Shown: piece by piece, positions 9,418-18,711 of the stretch
How the letters are laid out: each line of letters opens with the position of its first letter
Position numbering within the stretch: position 1 is the stretch's first letter
Origin: a virus
Lineage: Duplodnaviria > Caudoviricetes
Length of the DNA stretch: 62,421 nucleotides
Virus record (IMG/VR): IMGVR_UViG_3300033508_000392
Span: 1-62,421 of that record
Strand: one strand, 5' to 3'
Notes under the pieces: model-generated
The model's input: only the letters and a program-made list of their open reading frames with translations
What the model was told of the DNA's origin: nothing
The model's database searches: none
Position numbers and translations under genes: made by a program

Positions 9418-9876
9418 ATGAGATATAATATACGTGAGTTGGAAATAATAAAAAATGCGCAACTTACTGAAAAAAATAAAATTTCAACTGGATATAAATT
9501 GCATGAAGCAGTTGACCTTAGTCAGAGTGTAGAAGATATTAATAGGTACTTACTGAGATATATAAAAACTCCTGTATCAACTTCTAAAGGAATTTTTAAA
9601 ATTGCAGATATATATGTGTTTGGTTCTGAATATGAAGACGAAGACTATGATGATGAAGACTATGATGATGAAGATGAAGACGGTTTAAATGAAGAAAATA
9701 TGAGTGAATTAGCACAATACTTACACGTTAAATTTTGGAATCATGATTTTGAATCGCAATGTCTTTACGACGATGTAGTAACAGAACAAAGTCTTTCCAA
9801 ACTCTTGGGTATAAATGTAAGCTTTAGTGAAGCTGGAAGACAAGATGATCTATTTTATGATTTCGATATATCATAA
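9418..9876 (+). CDS. Acidic hypothetical protein
   Basis: GGAGG SD; D/E-rich tract encoded by 15-bp tandem repeat GAAGACTATGATGAT at 9640-9669. Confidence 0.7.
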   Translation: MRYNIRELEIIKNAQLTEKNKISTGYKLHEAVDLSQSVEDINRYLLRYIKTPVSTSKGIFKIADIYVFGSEYEDEDYDDEDYDDEDEDGLNEENMSELAQYLHVKFWNHDFESQCLYDDVVTEQSLSKLLGINVSFSEAGRQDDLFYDFDIS

Positions 9877-9913
9877 TTGAATTTATATTCTAAGAATAGG
9901 CATAATTTCCTAT

Positions 9914-10126
9914 ATGGAATTTTATAAGCGTATTGTCCCAACTCGTCTCAAGAAGTATGCCCACTACATTGTTATATTCGATGATGGTTCTTACGCTACC
10001 TATGATAAGCAGATGAAGAAAATTGCCCATTTAACCGACCGTGTGTGGAGAACAAAGATATTCTCCTCTTTTAGCCTGATGATGGATGAGAATGAATTGT
10101 GTAAATTGATGTTACTTTTAAATTAA
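9914..10126 (+). CDS. Hypothetical protein
   Basis: Downstream of GCATAAT motif; no SD. Confidence 0.6.
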   Translation: MEFYKRIVPTRLKKYAHYIVIFDDGSYATYDKQMKKIAHLTDRVWRTKIFSSFSLMMDENELCKLMLLLN

Positions 10127-10129
10127 TTA

Positions 10130-10158
10130 TTTGGAAAACACTCTTCTTAATATATAAT
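10130..10158 (+). promoter_or_regulatory. Sigma70-like promoter TTTGGA-N17-TATAAT
   Basis: One of nine copies with identical 17-nt spacing. Confidence 0.75.
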
Positions 10159-10175
10159 ACTGAGAGAGGTGAATA

Positions 10176-10418
10176 ATGAAATGTAATTTGCGTTTTCCAC
10201 TTGAAGTTGGTGCTCTGTATCGTAATCAAATTCGGCGGGCTTTTGACAAGATGAAATTTGATCTTCAGGATAGAGATCCTGAAGCCATTGTTTCTATTAC
10301 TGAATCAAAGAGTTTTTTTGATTCCATATTCTATGTTAGTATCAGCAACATTGAAGAAGGTTATGCCAGAAATATTGAAACGTCTGTCAAGGGATGGGTT
10401 GAGATACTTAATGGATAA
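10176..10418 (+). CDS. Hypothetical protein
   Basis: GAGGTG SD. Confidence 0.7.
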   Translation: MKCNLRFPLEVGALYRNQIRRAFDKMKFDLQDRDPEAIVSITESKSFFDSIFYVSISNIEEGYARNIETSVKGWVEILNG

Positions 10419-10462
10419 TATAACATTTTATAATTTTTTTATAAGATAAAAGCATAATTAAA

Positions 10463-10487
10463 GTAGAATCACACGGAGTGGTTTGAA
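10463..10487 (+). promoter_or_regulatory. NAD-gene leader hairpin motif, copy 1 (nadM-Nudix)
   Basis: GTAG-AATCAC-ACGGA-GTGGTT-TGAA. Confidence 0.75.
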
Positions 10488-10512
10488 ATAAAATGAACAA
10501 AGGAGTTCATTA

Positions 10513-11538
10513 ATGAAAGCTGACTATTGCGTCTATATTGGACGTTTCCAGCCGTTTACTAATGCCCACAAGGTAATGGTTGAACGTGCTCTTGAAGAAG
10601 CCGAGAATGTGATTATTCTGCTCGGCTCAGATAAAGCCTCCCTCTCCCTTAGAAATCCCTTCACAACTCAAGAACGCATCTCTACGGTTTACTCTGTCTT
10701 TTCTGAGAAGAGGAACAACATTGTTGTCCTTCCTATTCAGGACAGTGCTTACAACTTCACTGCTTGGATTGCCGAAGTCCAGCGTAAGATTGGTGCCATC
10801 ATACATGAAGGTGCCAGCGTCAAGTTGATTGGTCATTTTAAGGATGATACTTCCTACTACCTCAAGCACTTCCCTCAGTGGGAACTTGTTACTGAGAATT
10901 CGAAGTGTGATGGTCTCTCTGCTACCGAAATTCGTGATGAACTCTTCTCGGGTAAGAAAGTTGGTTATTGGAAGAAGTATGTCCCGGCCGAAGTTGATGC
11001 CTTCATCTGCAATTGGATGACTCAGGATACCTACCGCTTTGACAATCTTGTTGCTGAGTACAAGTACATTGCTTCCTACAAGGAACAGTGGAAGTCAGCA
11101 CCGTATGCTCCCACCTTTGTTACAACCGATGCTGTGGTCTTCTGTCTTGGTCACATCCTCCTCATTGAGCGTGGTCGCAATCCTGGTAAAGGCCAGTTCG
11201 CCCTCCCTGGTGGTTTTCTCGACCAGCACGAGACTATTGAACAGGGTTGTATCCGCGAGCTGAAGGAAGAGACGAAGATTGATGTGGCCCTGCCCATCTT
11301 GAAGTCGTCTATTAAGCAGACTCATGTCTTTGACCAGCCGTGGCGTGACCCTCGTGGAAGGACAATCACCCATGCTCATCTCCTTCAGCTCACCACTAAG
11401 GAATTGCCTACAATCACTGCCGATGATGATGCTGCCAAGGTGATGTGGATTCCTCTTGCTGAACTTGACAAGATGGAGGGTATGTTTTTCAATGACCATC
11501 TCCAGATTATTAAGTTCTTCCTTGGAAGGAGTATGTAA
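10513..11538 (+). CDS. nadM: Bifunctional NMN adenylyltransferase / Nudix ADP-ribose pyrophosphatase (NadM-Nudix)
   Basis: YIGRFQPFTNAH, RNPF, SATEIR; Nudix box GGFLDQHETIEQGCIRELKEET; RDPRGRTITHA. Confidence 0.93.
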   Translation: MKADYCVYIGRFQPFTNAHKVMVERALEEAENVIILLGSDKASLSLRNPFTTQERISTVYSVFSEKRNNIVVLPIQDSAYNFTAWIAEVQRKIGAIIHEGASVKLIGHFKDDTSYYLKHFPQWELVTENSKCDGLSATEIRDELFSGKKVGYWKKYVPAEVDAFICNWMTQDTYRFDNLVAEYKYIASYKEQWKSAPYAPTFVTTDAVVFCLGHILLIERGRNPGKGQFALPGGFLDQHETIEQGCIRELKEETKIDVALPILKSSIKQTHVFDQPWRDPRGRTITHAHLLQLTTKELPTITADDDAAKVMWIPLAELDKMEGMFFNDHLQIIKFFLGRSM

Positions 11539-11792
11539 TGATATCGGAAGTACTTCAGCAAGTTAGGTTTAAACTCCATAAAAAGTGTGTTGATGGTGTC
11601 TTGGTTGTTAATTGTACTGTTGATGAGGCGATCGAAGTTATAAGAAAAGCACTTTTAGAACAAATTGCTATTCGTCCTAATATTATTCGGGAGTTGCGAC
11701 ATGGTGATTTACCTTATGATGGTAGTTTAGGAGATTTCCGTACTCAACAACAGGAAGGGGTGAATTATGTTCGATTCGCTAATTCAGAATAG
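11538..11792 (+). CDS. Hypothetical protein
   Basis: TAATG coupling to nadM. Confidence 0.6.
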   Translation: MISEVLQQVRFKLHKKCVDGVLVVNCTVDEAIEVIRKALLEQIAIRPNIIRELRHGDLPYDGSLGDFRTQQQEGVNYVRFANSE

Positions 11793-12036
11793 AGATAATG
11801 ACGAAGCTAAGTTGGCTTTATTGTATGGAACCCTTGACCCAGAAAAATACATAAATAATTTCATTGATCAAAATGGGGTTGATGTGGAACATATAGAGAA
11901 AGTTCTTGAAGAGTATAAGAACTGCGGTATTGTCAAAGATTATTCAATGGGTATAAAAACAAATAGTAGGGGTATAATAGAGTTGCAGATTGATATTGAA
12001 AGAGAAAAAAGGAGTTTAATTCTTTATGAAGGTTAA
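11767..12036 (+). CDS. Hypothetical protein
   Basis: Tiled ORF; N-terminal EAKLALL motif. Confidence 0.6.
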   Translation: MFDSLIQNRDNDEAKLALLYGTLDPEKYINNFIDQNGVDVEHIEKVLEEYKNCGIVKDYSMGIKTNSRGIIELQIDIEREKRSLILYEG

Positions 12037-12379
12037 TTTGGATAAAATTATCCGCCAGGGTAATCAGAAGGAAATGCAACAGCTCTTTGACGACATATCA
12101 AAGAAGATGTGGGATACCTTTAATGAGGATAATTTCTTCTCCATATCCTCCTTCATCCTTGAGTTGCTGGTCAATTCTTGGAAGAAGGATTTGGTTGCCA
12201 TCAGTCTTAAAAACGATGGTTTCTTTGATGACTTTATTCTTCATATGAAGGAGATCCTTGGGAGGGATATTGAAGAGTTGGGTGAAGAAGTAAGAGAGAA
12301 GGAGAGGGAGAAAGACCCTTTGTATATGGCAGCTAAACAGGCAGATATTGCTGCCGGTATTGCACCAAATAAAAAATGA
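12026..12379 (+). CDS. Hypothetical protein
   Basis: AGGAG SD, tiled ORF. Confidence 0.65.
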   Translation: MKVNLDKIIRQGNQKEMQQLFDDISKKMWDTFNEDNFFSISSFILELLVNSWKKDLVAISLKNDGFFDDFILHMKEILGRDIEELGEEVREKEREKDPLYMAAKQADIAAGIAPNKK

Positions 12380-12380
12380 A

Positions 12381-12406
12381 ATAGATTCTCAATGGAGAGA
12401 ATTGAA
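12381..12406 (+). promoter_or_regulatory. NAD-gene leader hairpin motif, copy 2 (pnuC-nadR)
   Basis: ATAG-ATTCTC-AATGGA-GAGAAT-TGAA. Confidence 0.75.
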
Positions 12407-12423
12407 ATTATAGGAGGTCTAAG

Positions 12424-13209
12424 ATGACTAATGTTCTGAATAGTGTTCACGGAGTGCTTACCGAATTCTGGGTGAATACGGTGGCTTATTTTAAGGGAGC
12501 TGAAAAAGTTAAGCTCACCAATCTTTTTGATGGATGGACTTTGTGGCAGAAGTCGTGGATTATCATTTCCACCCTTGCCATCACTATTGCATCCATCATG
12601 ACTTGGGATCCTACCAATGTCAGTGTTTCTATCATTTCGTTGATTGCCAGTATCTCGGGTATCTGGTGTGTTGTTCTTGTCGCCAAGGGCAAAATCTCCA
12701 ACTTCTTCTGGGGGACTATCAACGTCATCTTCTACGCCATTGCCGCTTACAACTGGCAAGTTTATGGTGACTTTATGCTCAACATCTTCTACTACCTCCC
12801 AATGCAGTTCTGGGGATGGTATATCTGGACTAAGCCTGAATTTAAGGCTGGTGCCGATGTTGTTAAGACTAAGCTTTTGAGTTGGAAGGGTTGGATTGTA
12901 CTTGTTGTTGTGGCAGCTGTAGCAACTGTTGGTTATGGCTTCTATCTCCAGAGTATCAACAACGTCAAACCTTTCATTGACAGTGCTTTGGTTGTTTGTT
13001 CCATCCTTGCTCAATTTCTTATGACTAAACGTTATGCAGAACAGTGGCTTTTGTGGATTGTGGTTGATGTACTTGGTGTCTACATCTGGTCGGTTGTTGT
13101 CTTCCAGAATGGTGGTCTTGCTAATATCGGTCTTCTTATTATGTTTTTTATGTGGACCTGCAATGCAATTTATGGTTACATCAACTGGTTGAAGATGAGT
13201 AAGAATTGA
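12424..13209 (+). CDS. pnuC: Nicotinamide riboside transporter PnuC
   Basis: Multi-pass membrane protein; CVVLVAKGKISNFFWG, MQFWGWYIW, AQFLMTKRYAEQWLLWIVVD, YGYINW. Confidence 0.93.
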   Translation: MTNVLNSVHGVLTEFWVNTVAYFKGAEKVKLTNLFDGWTLWQKSWIIISTLAITIASIMTWDPTNVSVSIISLIASISGIWCVVLVAKGKISNFFWGTINVIFYAIAAYNWQVYGDFMLNIFYYLPMQFWGWYIWTKPEFKAGADVVKTKLLSWKGWIVLVVVAAVATVGYGFYLQSINNVKPFIDSALVVCSILAQFLMTKRYAEQWLLWIVVDVLGVYIWSVVVFQNGGLANIGLLIMFFMWTCNAIYGYINWLKMSKN

Positions 13210-13415
13210 TCGGTAAGTACATTGCAGATACCGGGTTTTATGATGGCCTTGTGGTTGGTAAAGAATACCAATTACAGGATTGTGAGGATGCGACCCGGTA
13301 TCTTGTATTGAAGAACGAACTTGGTGCAACATCCACCTTGCTCAAAGACAAGTTTGTCAATGTGAAAGACGAATTGCTTGTTGCTGCCGAGAAGGCAGCA
13401 GGAGGAGAAATATGA
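13206..13415 (+). CDS. Hypothetical protein
   Basis: Fills the pnuC-nadR gap with overlapping stop/start. Confidence 0.6.
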   Translation: MIGKYIADTGFYDGLVVGKEYQLQDCEDATRYLVLKNELGATSTLLKDKFVNVKDELLVAAEKAAGGEI

Positions 13416-14425
13416 CTGTAGGATTTCTTGGTGGAAAGTTTCTTCCATTTCATCAGGGTCACTTGTATATGATTCTTCGAGCTTCAACCATGGTTGATAA
13501 GCTCTATGTTGTACTCACATCCTCCCCCAATCGGGACAAGGAACTATGTGACCGAGATGGTATCAAGTACATGCCAGCTGAGGTCAGAATGTCTTGGATT
13601 GGTGCATCTGTTGCCGACCTTGAGAATATTGAAGTTATCAACATTGTTGATGACCAGTGGAATTACAATTATGACTGGGAGGAAGGATCAAACAAAATCC
13701 GGAATGCCATCCCTGAGAAGCTGACCCACGTCTTCTCGAGTGAACCAGAGTATGACAAGTACTTTAAAGCTTACTATCCTGGAACGGAACATGTTGTTAT
13801 TGATGAAGGAAGGAATGCTGTTTCCATCTCTGCAACTGAATTGAGAAAGGATTTGTATAAGCATTGGGATATGCTCCCTGTAACTGTTCGTCCCTTCTTT
13901 GTTAAGAAGGTTGTTCTTATCGGGACAGAGAGTTGTGGTAAGTCAACTTTGACTAAGAAGTTGGCTAAGTTTTATAATACCAACTTTGTACACGAGGTTG
14001 GTAAGGATGACTACTGTTACAAGTACAAAAATCTCCTTACTCCGCAGATGTTCGTCTCCACTGCTATGGATCATTTTCGCCTTATCGAGAAACGAATGGA
14101 AGTTGCAAATAAGGTTGTCTTCATCGATACTGAGGCTGTTGTTACCCAGTTTTATCTTGAGATTTATACTGGTCAAAAATCGGCTTTAATCGATGAAGTT
14201 ATCAAATTACAAAATTTTGATCTCATCATCTATATGGAACCTGATGTTAAGTGGGTGGATGACGGAACTCGTTTCCTCGGTACCGATGAACAGAGGAAGG
14301 ATGGTAATGCTAAGTTGAAAAAGATGTTTGCCGACTATGGGCTTGAGTATATCTCTGTTACTGGATCCTATGAAGAGAGATTTGCTAAAGCTCGTGCCCT
14401 GGTTGATGAGATGATTGAGGTATGA
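13412..14425 (+). CDS. nadR: NadR-type NMN adenylyltransferase / ribosylnicotinamide kinase (no HTH domain)
   Basis: GGKFLPFHQGH, VFSSE, ISATELR; P-loop GTESCGKST; WVDDGTR. Confidence 0.93.
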   Translation: MTVGFLGGKFLPFHQGHLYMILRASTMVDKLYVVLTSSPNRDKELCDRDGIKYMPAEVRMSWIGASVADLENIEVINIVDDQWNYNYDWEEGSNKIRNAIPEKLTHVFSSEPEYDKYFKAYYPGTEHVVIDEGRNAVSISATELRKDLYKHWDMLPVTVRPFFVKKVVLIGTESCGKSTLTKKLAKFYNTNFVHEVGKDDYCYKYKNLLTPQMFVSTAMDHFRLIEKRMEVANKVVFIDTEAVVTQFYLEIYTGQKSALIDEVIKLQNFDLIIYMEPDVKWVDDGTRFLGTDEQRKDGNAKLKKMFADYGLEYISVTGSYEERFAKARALVDEMIEV

Positions 14426-14793
14426 TGGGACCAAAATGTTGTCAGTATGCAAAGGATTACATCCTTCTTGCTTATGATAGAGATGATGAAGCTGAAGATA
14501 CTGGTTATAACTTAGAATGTTATAAGCTGAATAAACCATATTGGCTCATCCGTGGTGTAAAGTCAGATGTATATAGCAGTAAATTTGAAGGTGCTCATCA
14601 GAAGATTTCTTTTTGTCCATCTTGCGGTACTAAAATGCCAGGCATCAGATTGAAAGCCATACAACCAAAAAAGGTGAGCATTGTTACTGATGGTGGTTAT
14701 TATTGTGATACGTGTGGTGAAAGATTGATTGCATGCGGATGTAAACAACCGTCTGAGATGTGGGAGGCTGATTATGGAAAAGACAAGAACTAA
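14422..14793 (+). CDS. Cys-rich hypothetical protein (zinc-binding)
   Basis: CC, FCPSCG, CDTCG...CGC. Confidence 0.65.
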   Translation: MMGPKCCQYAKDYILLAYDRDDEAEDTGYNLECYKLNKPYWLIRGVKSDVYSSKFEGAHQKISFCPSCGTKMPGIRLKAIQPKKVSIVTDGGYYCDTCGERLIACGCKQPSEMWEADYGKDKN

Positions 14794-15034
14794 GGGAAAT
14801 GTCATTGCTGAAGATATTGAACTGGGTCAAACCCTTTATGAGTTTGATTATGGGTTTGGTATTGAGACTGTGGTTCTGACTAAACCCATCTTGAATGAAC
14901 ACCGACAATGGGTGTGGAAGGCAGAGAACGTGAGGACTGGAGAGATTATTGACTATCTTGTTACTCCTGGTATGTCTCACTATGGTCCTAATCTTTATGA
15001 CTATATTGCTTATAGTGGAGTTAAATGGTCATGA
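14774..15034 (+). CDS. Hypothetical protein
   Basis: GGAGG SD before ATG 14774. Confidence 0.65.
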   Translation: MEKTRTKGNVIAEDIELGQTLYEFDYGFGIETVVLTKPILNEHRQWVWKAENVRTGEIIDYLVTPGMSHYGPNLYDYIAYSGVKWS

Positions 15035-15182
15035 ACTCAGAAGATGATTGGCTTGATAAATTACAAGAAGAAGAAATGAGTCATAAGTCTCTCTTTGATA
15101 TAATATGTGATTGGTTTCACAATTACGGTAACTATATTTCAATCTTTTTTACGATTTTTGTTTTTATTTATGCTATTTTTAA

Positions 15183-15211
15183 TTTGGTAAAGGAAATATT
15201 TTTAGTATAAT
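15183..15211 (+). promoter_or_regulatory. Promoter TTTGGT-N17-TATAAT, probably leaderless transcript
   Basis: ATG 15218 begins at the 7th base after the -10; no SD. Confidence 0.75.
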
Positions 15212-15217
15212 AGCTAT

Positions 15218-15463
15218 ATGAAGAAATGCGATAATTGCGGTAAGAATTTTGTAGTTAAACATCCTTCCCAAAGATTTTGTTCTCATAAGGGCAAGGGGAA
15301 TTGTAAGGATAGATGGCACAATAAAAATGATGTAGGAAGAGCTCTTGGTGGCTTGATGTATGGTAATAAGAAGTTCTTTGAGTCAAACAACAGAATTGAA
15401 CATGAATTCGATGAATGTGAAGATCCAGGTGACGATATGTATTACATGAATAAGGATTGGTAG
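15218..15463 (+). CDS. Small zinc-finger-like hypothetical protein
   Basis: CDNCG...FCS...CK. Confidence 0.65.
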   Translation: MKKCDNCGKNFVVKHPSQRFCSHKGKGNCKDRWHNKNDVGRALGGLMYGNKKFFESNNRIEHEFDECEDPGDDMYYMNKDW

Positions 15464-15484
15464 ACTTCCAAGAAGGAAGTTGAA
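15460..15484 (+). promoter_or_regulatory. NAD-gene leader hairpin motif, copy 3 (pncA)
   Basis: GTAG-ACTTCC-AAGAA-GGAAGT-TGAA. Confidence 0.72.
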
Positions 15485-15498
15485 TTAAGGAGGATGAT

Positions 15499-16122
15499 AT
15501 GGTTAGGAAAGTTTTAATTGTTGTTGACGTCCAGAAGGACTTTTGTCCTGGTGGGAGCTTGGCTGTTGCTCAAGGAGCAGCAATCATTCCCAATGTCAAT
15601 AAGCTAATCAATAGCGGGAAGTTTCATATGGTTGTTGCTACTCAGGATTGGCATCCCGAGGATCACGTTTCGTTTGCTGACAACCATGGTAAGCAGCCGT
15701 TTGAGATGATTGATGTCTCCTACGGCAAACAGATGCTTTGGCCTCGTCACTGTGTTCAGGGTAGTAAGGGTGCTATGTTCCATGATGACCTTCAGACAAA
15801 GAATGTCAACTACATTATGCGTAAGGGTATGAATAAGGATGTTGACAGCTACTCGGCTTTCATCGAGAATGACAAGAAGACCCCGACTGGTCTCTATGAC
15901 CTCATTGATCTCACCTTGTACGATGTTTATGTTGTTGGTATTGCCACCGATGTTTGTGTCTTCAATACTACTTTAAACGCCAGAGCCAACGGTAACAGTG
16001 GGACTAAGGTCTTTGTTGTTGAAGATGCTTGCGCTGGTGTTACTGAGGATGGAACCAAGGAAGCTATTGCTACGATGAAGGATAAGGGTATTTTGTTTGT
16101 GAATACTGCAGATCTTCTGTAA
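15499..16122 (+). CDS. pncA: Nicotinamidase/pyrazinamidase
   Basis: VDVQKDFCPGGSL, TQDWHP..H.SF, WPRHCVQ, RKG...DSYSAF, GIATDVCV. Confidence 0.95.
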   Translation: MVRKVLIVVDVQKDFCPGGSLAVAQGAAIIPNVNKLINSGKFHMVVATQDWHPEDHVSFADNHGKQPFEMIDVSYGKQMLWPRHCVQGSKGAMFHDDLQTKNVNYIMRKGMNKDVDSYSAFIENDKKTPTGLYDLIDLTLYDVYVVGIATDVCVFNTTLNARANGNSGTKVFVVEDACAGVTEDGTKEAIATMKDKGILFVNTADLL

Positions 16123-16379
16123 AAAGAGGGTATGCGTACTTTGCACAACATGATATATTAAGAAGCAAGGAGAACATAGTGTTCTATATTGCTGTTGTTG
16201 GTTTGGTTGCTATTTGTTTGGGAATTGATGCAGTTGCCTTCTACCTTGGAGTGACTGAGTTCAACGACCTTCTGAGCATCTTTCTTGTTGCGTGGGTTGT
16301 TGTGACCTTTGTTGGTCTCTGTATCAGCAACCGTAGTATCAAGAAAACGTTCAAAAGTTTCTTTTAAGGAGGATGGGAG

Positions 16380-17042
16380 ATGGAACGTTACAAATATCCA
16401 AGAACACGTCATCTCCCATTTTCTCCGGGAGCTACTTCAGACGATAAATTCATTTCTGACTTCAGTGGTTTTAAGGGCAAGAAGGTAGTCATTACCGAGA
16501 AGATGGATGGTGAAAATACAACTTGTTACCCTGATGGTACATGTCATGCTCGTTCTCGTGATAGTGGATATCATGAGTCACGCACCTGGATTAATCGCTT
16601 TGCTACTATCGGTCTTGAAATGAAGAATGTCTCTTCTAAGGTGAATTGGAGATTGTGTGGTGAAAATATGTTTGCTGAACACTCCATCCACTATACCGAC
16701 CTCCTCTCCTACTTCTATATGTTTGGCGTGTGGGAGAATGACTTGTGTTTGGACTGGAATTTTACCAAATATATTGCTGACAAACTGGGAATCATTCTTG
16801 CCCCTGTTCTCTATGAGGGGGAGTTTGATGAGTTGGTGATTAAAGCTTTGCCTAATACTCTGACTGCCAACCAAGAGGGATTTGTTGTTCGTATTGTTGA
16901 CAACATCTACCCCTCAGATTGGGATAAGTGTATTGCCAAGTGGGTTCGTCCCAACCATGTTACGACTGACAAACATTGGATGAGTAAGAAGCTGGTGAAG
17001 AATGGATTGTCACCCGAAGCTAAAAGACATTTGTGGATGTAG
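16380..17042 (+). CDS. RNA ligase family nucleotidyltransferase
   Basis: KYPRTRHLP, TEKMDGENTT (motif I), GEN, EGFVVR, AKWVR. Confidence 0.85.
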   Translation: MERYKYPRTRHLPFSPGATSDDKFISDFSGFKGKKVVITEKMDGENTTCYPDGTCHARSRDSGYHESRTWINRFATIGLEMKNVSSKVNWRLCGENMFAEHSIHYTDLLSYFYMFGVWENDLCLDWNFTKYIADKLGIILAPVLYEGEFDELVIKALPNTLTANQEGFVVRIVDNIYPSDWDKCIAKWVRPNHVTTDKHWMSKKLVKNGLSPEAKRHLWM

Positions 17043-17050
17043 GAGTGGGT

Positions 17051-17260
17051 ATGAATATTGTGATGAGTGGTAAGGTGACTGTAATTACCTCTAAGACAAA
17101 GGTGTTTGTAAATGGAGAAGACATCCCTCTTCCTGAGGGTATGGACACCAGCTCTGTTACCCAAATCAATGGCCGCGTGTTTGTTGGTGGGTATGAATAC
17201 AGAGACAAACGTAAGACTTTTGTCCCTACCATCCGAGCATGGTTTTATAAGCATTTCTAA
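17051..17260 (+). CDS. Hypothetical protein
   Basis: AGGAG SD before ATG 17051. Confidence 0.6.
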   Translation: MNIVMSGKVTVITSKTKVFVNGEDIPLPEGMDTSSVTQINGRVFVGGYEYRDKRKTFVPTIRAWFYKHF

Positions 17261-17270
17261 GGATGAAGTT

Positions 17271-17798
17271 ATGCTAAAAAGGATTAAGCTCCATACTGGT
17301 TGGCAAACTGTAAAATTCCTCACTCCTGTCATCGCAACCAAGGGTCATTGGCTTGGTCAGTATTATGTCTGTACTGATGACTGTGAAATTTGCAAGATTA
17401 GTGAAGAAGCTATGGCAATTGATAGACGAAGTCCATTTGTTAGTGAGACAAGAGCCCGCCACACTTATAGTGCTTTTGCTGAGGTTGATGGAGAGAAGGG
17501 TATTTTCAATACCAATCAGAAGAATTTTGTAGATTGGATTGTTGAGTATGATATGGCTGATGAATACATCATCCTCAATCATGACTTCAGGATTTTTGCT
17601 CGAGAGGAGAAGGCTGCACCTGGTTTCTCATACAACAAGATCATTAACATTGATATTGATGAAGCTGATGAACCAAGAACTAAGATTGAGCAAAGATTGA
17701 TGACCAAGAGAGACATCCCAGAAGAAGTTCTTGTAAAGTTGAGAGAAGATTTCGATGAGTTTATGGTGCAGAGTACTAAGAAGATTTTGACAGAATGA
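17271..17798 (+). CDS. Hypothetical protein
   Basis: AAGGA SD before ATG 17271. Confidence 0.65.
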   Translation: MLKRIKLHTGWQTVKFLTPVIATKGHWLGQYYVCTDDCEICKISEEAMAIDRRSPFVSETRARHTYSAFAEVDGEKGIFNTNQKNFVDWIVEYDMADEYIILNHDFRIFAREEKAAPGFSYNKIINIDIDEADEPRTKIEQRLMTKRDIPEEVLVKLREDFDEFMVQSTKKILTE

Positions 17799-18109
17799 AG
17801 ATTATCACTAAAGAGGGTCAGATGCATATTGAAGGTTGGGCATACAAGGAAAATGAAGAAGAGAAGGCTCAGAAGAATAGAACTGAGGAATTTAATCTTG
17901 TTGTCAATCGTTCCATCAATGACTATGTTGTTGTAGAGCGTAAGAAGCCTGGGTATGCTCATATCACCTATACTGGTCATCTTAAGCCTGGTCATCCTGG
18001 TTTTACGGTTAGAGAGTTGGCTGTCTTCTTAGATGAAGGCAATCTGTGTTTTGGTGGTCGAGGAAGTATTAAGGGTGATAACTTTGAAATCACTGTTTAT
18101 ACAGATTGA
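17795..18109 (+). CDS. Hypothetical protein
   Basis: ATGA coupling. Confidence 0.65.
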   Translation: MKIITKEGQMHIEGWAYKENEEEKAQKNRTEEFNLVVNRSINDYVVVERKKPGYAHITYTGHLKPGHPGFTVRELAVFLDEGNLCFGGRGSIKGDNFEITVYTD

Positions 18110-18111
18110 GG

Positions 18112-18165
18112 TTTGGAGAAAGCATATTTGATTGTATAATGTAGAGACTGACGGACAGTCTCGAA
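18112..18165 (+). promoter_or_regulatory. Promoter TTTGGA-N17-TATAAT followed directly by NAD-gene hairpin motif copy 4 (nadE)
   Basis: -10 at 18135-18140; GTAG-AGACTG-ACGGA-CAGTCT-CGAA at 18141-18165. Confidence 0.8.
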
Positions 18166-18175
18166 TGAGGTAAAA

Positions 18176-18664
18176 ATGAAAATTGCGCTTGCACAACTTG
18201 ACGTCAAAGCGGGACGTCCTAAACTGAATGTAGCTCGGATGCTTGAGATGATTGCTGAGGCAAAATCTCGTGGTGCCGAGCTTATTGCTTTTCCTGAAAT
18301 GGCTGTTGGTGGTTATCTTGTCGGAGATAAGTGGACTGATGATGACTACTGCCGTAATCTTATGGAATGTAATGATGTAATCCGCATGGCAGCTGATGGT
18401 ATTATTGTTGTGTGGGGTAATGTTTATTTAGATAAAACTCGAAAAGCTAAAGACGGTAGATTTGTGCGTTTTAACACAGTTTACCTTGCTGAAAATAAAA
18501 AACTAAACTTTAGGTTTAAATCAGCTCTTCCAAATTATAGAATTTTTGATGATGTAAGGTATTTTGCCAACCCCATGGATTTTGGAATTGTTCCAACTCC
18601 TGTTCGCTTAAACAATGGTTTAAATATTGGCTTAGAAGTCTGCGAAGATATGTGGATTCGATAA
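18176..18664 (+). CDS. nadE: Glutamine-dependent NAD+ synthetase, N-terminal fragment (nitrilase/glutaminase domain up to the catalytic Cys)
   Basis: KIALAQL, FPEM..GGY, KSALPNYRIFDD.RYF, GLEVCEDMW then stop. Confidence 0.9.
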   Translation: MKIALAQLDVKAGRPKLNVARMLEMIAEAKSRGAELIAFPEMAVGGYLVGDKWTDDDYCRNLMECNDVIRMAADGIIVVWGNVYLDKTRKAKDGRFVRFNTVYLAENKKLNFRFKSALPNYRIFDDVRYFANPMDFGIVPTPVRLNNGLNIGLEVCEDMWIR

Positions 18665-18711
18665 GTTTTTAAAATATTGCCAAAGATAAGCTAATGCTTA
18701 TTGGAGGTAAT

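Noticed and set aside
9640-9669. 15-bp tandem repeat as a regulatory or contingency locus
   Set aside because: In-frame duplication within an acidic tract; no frameshift potential.
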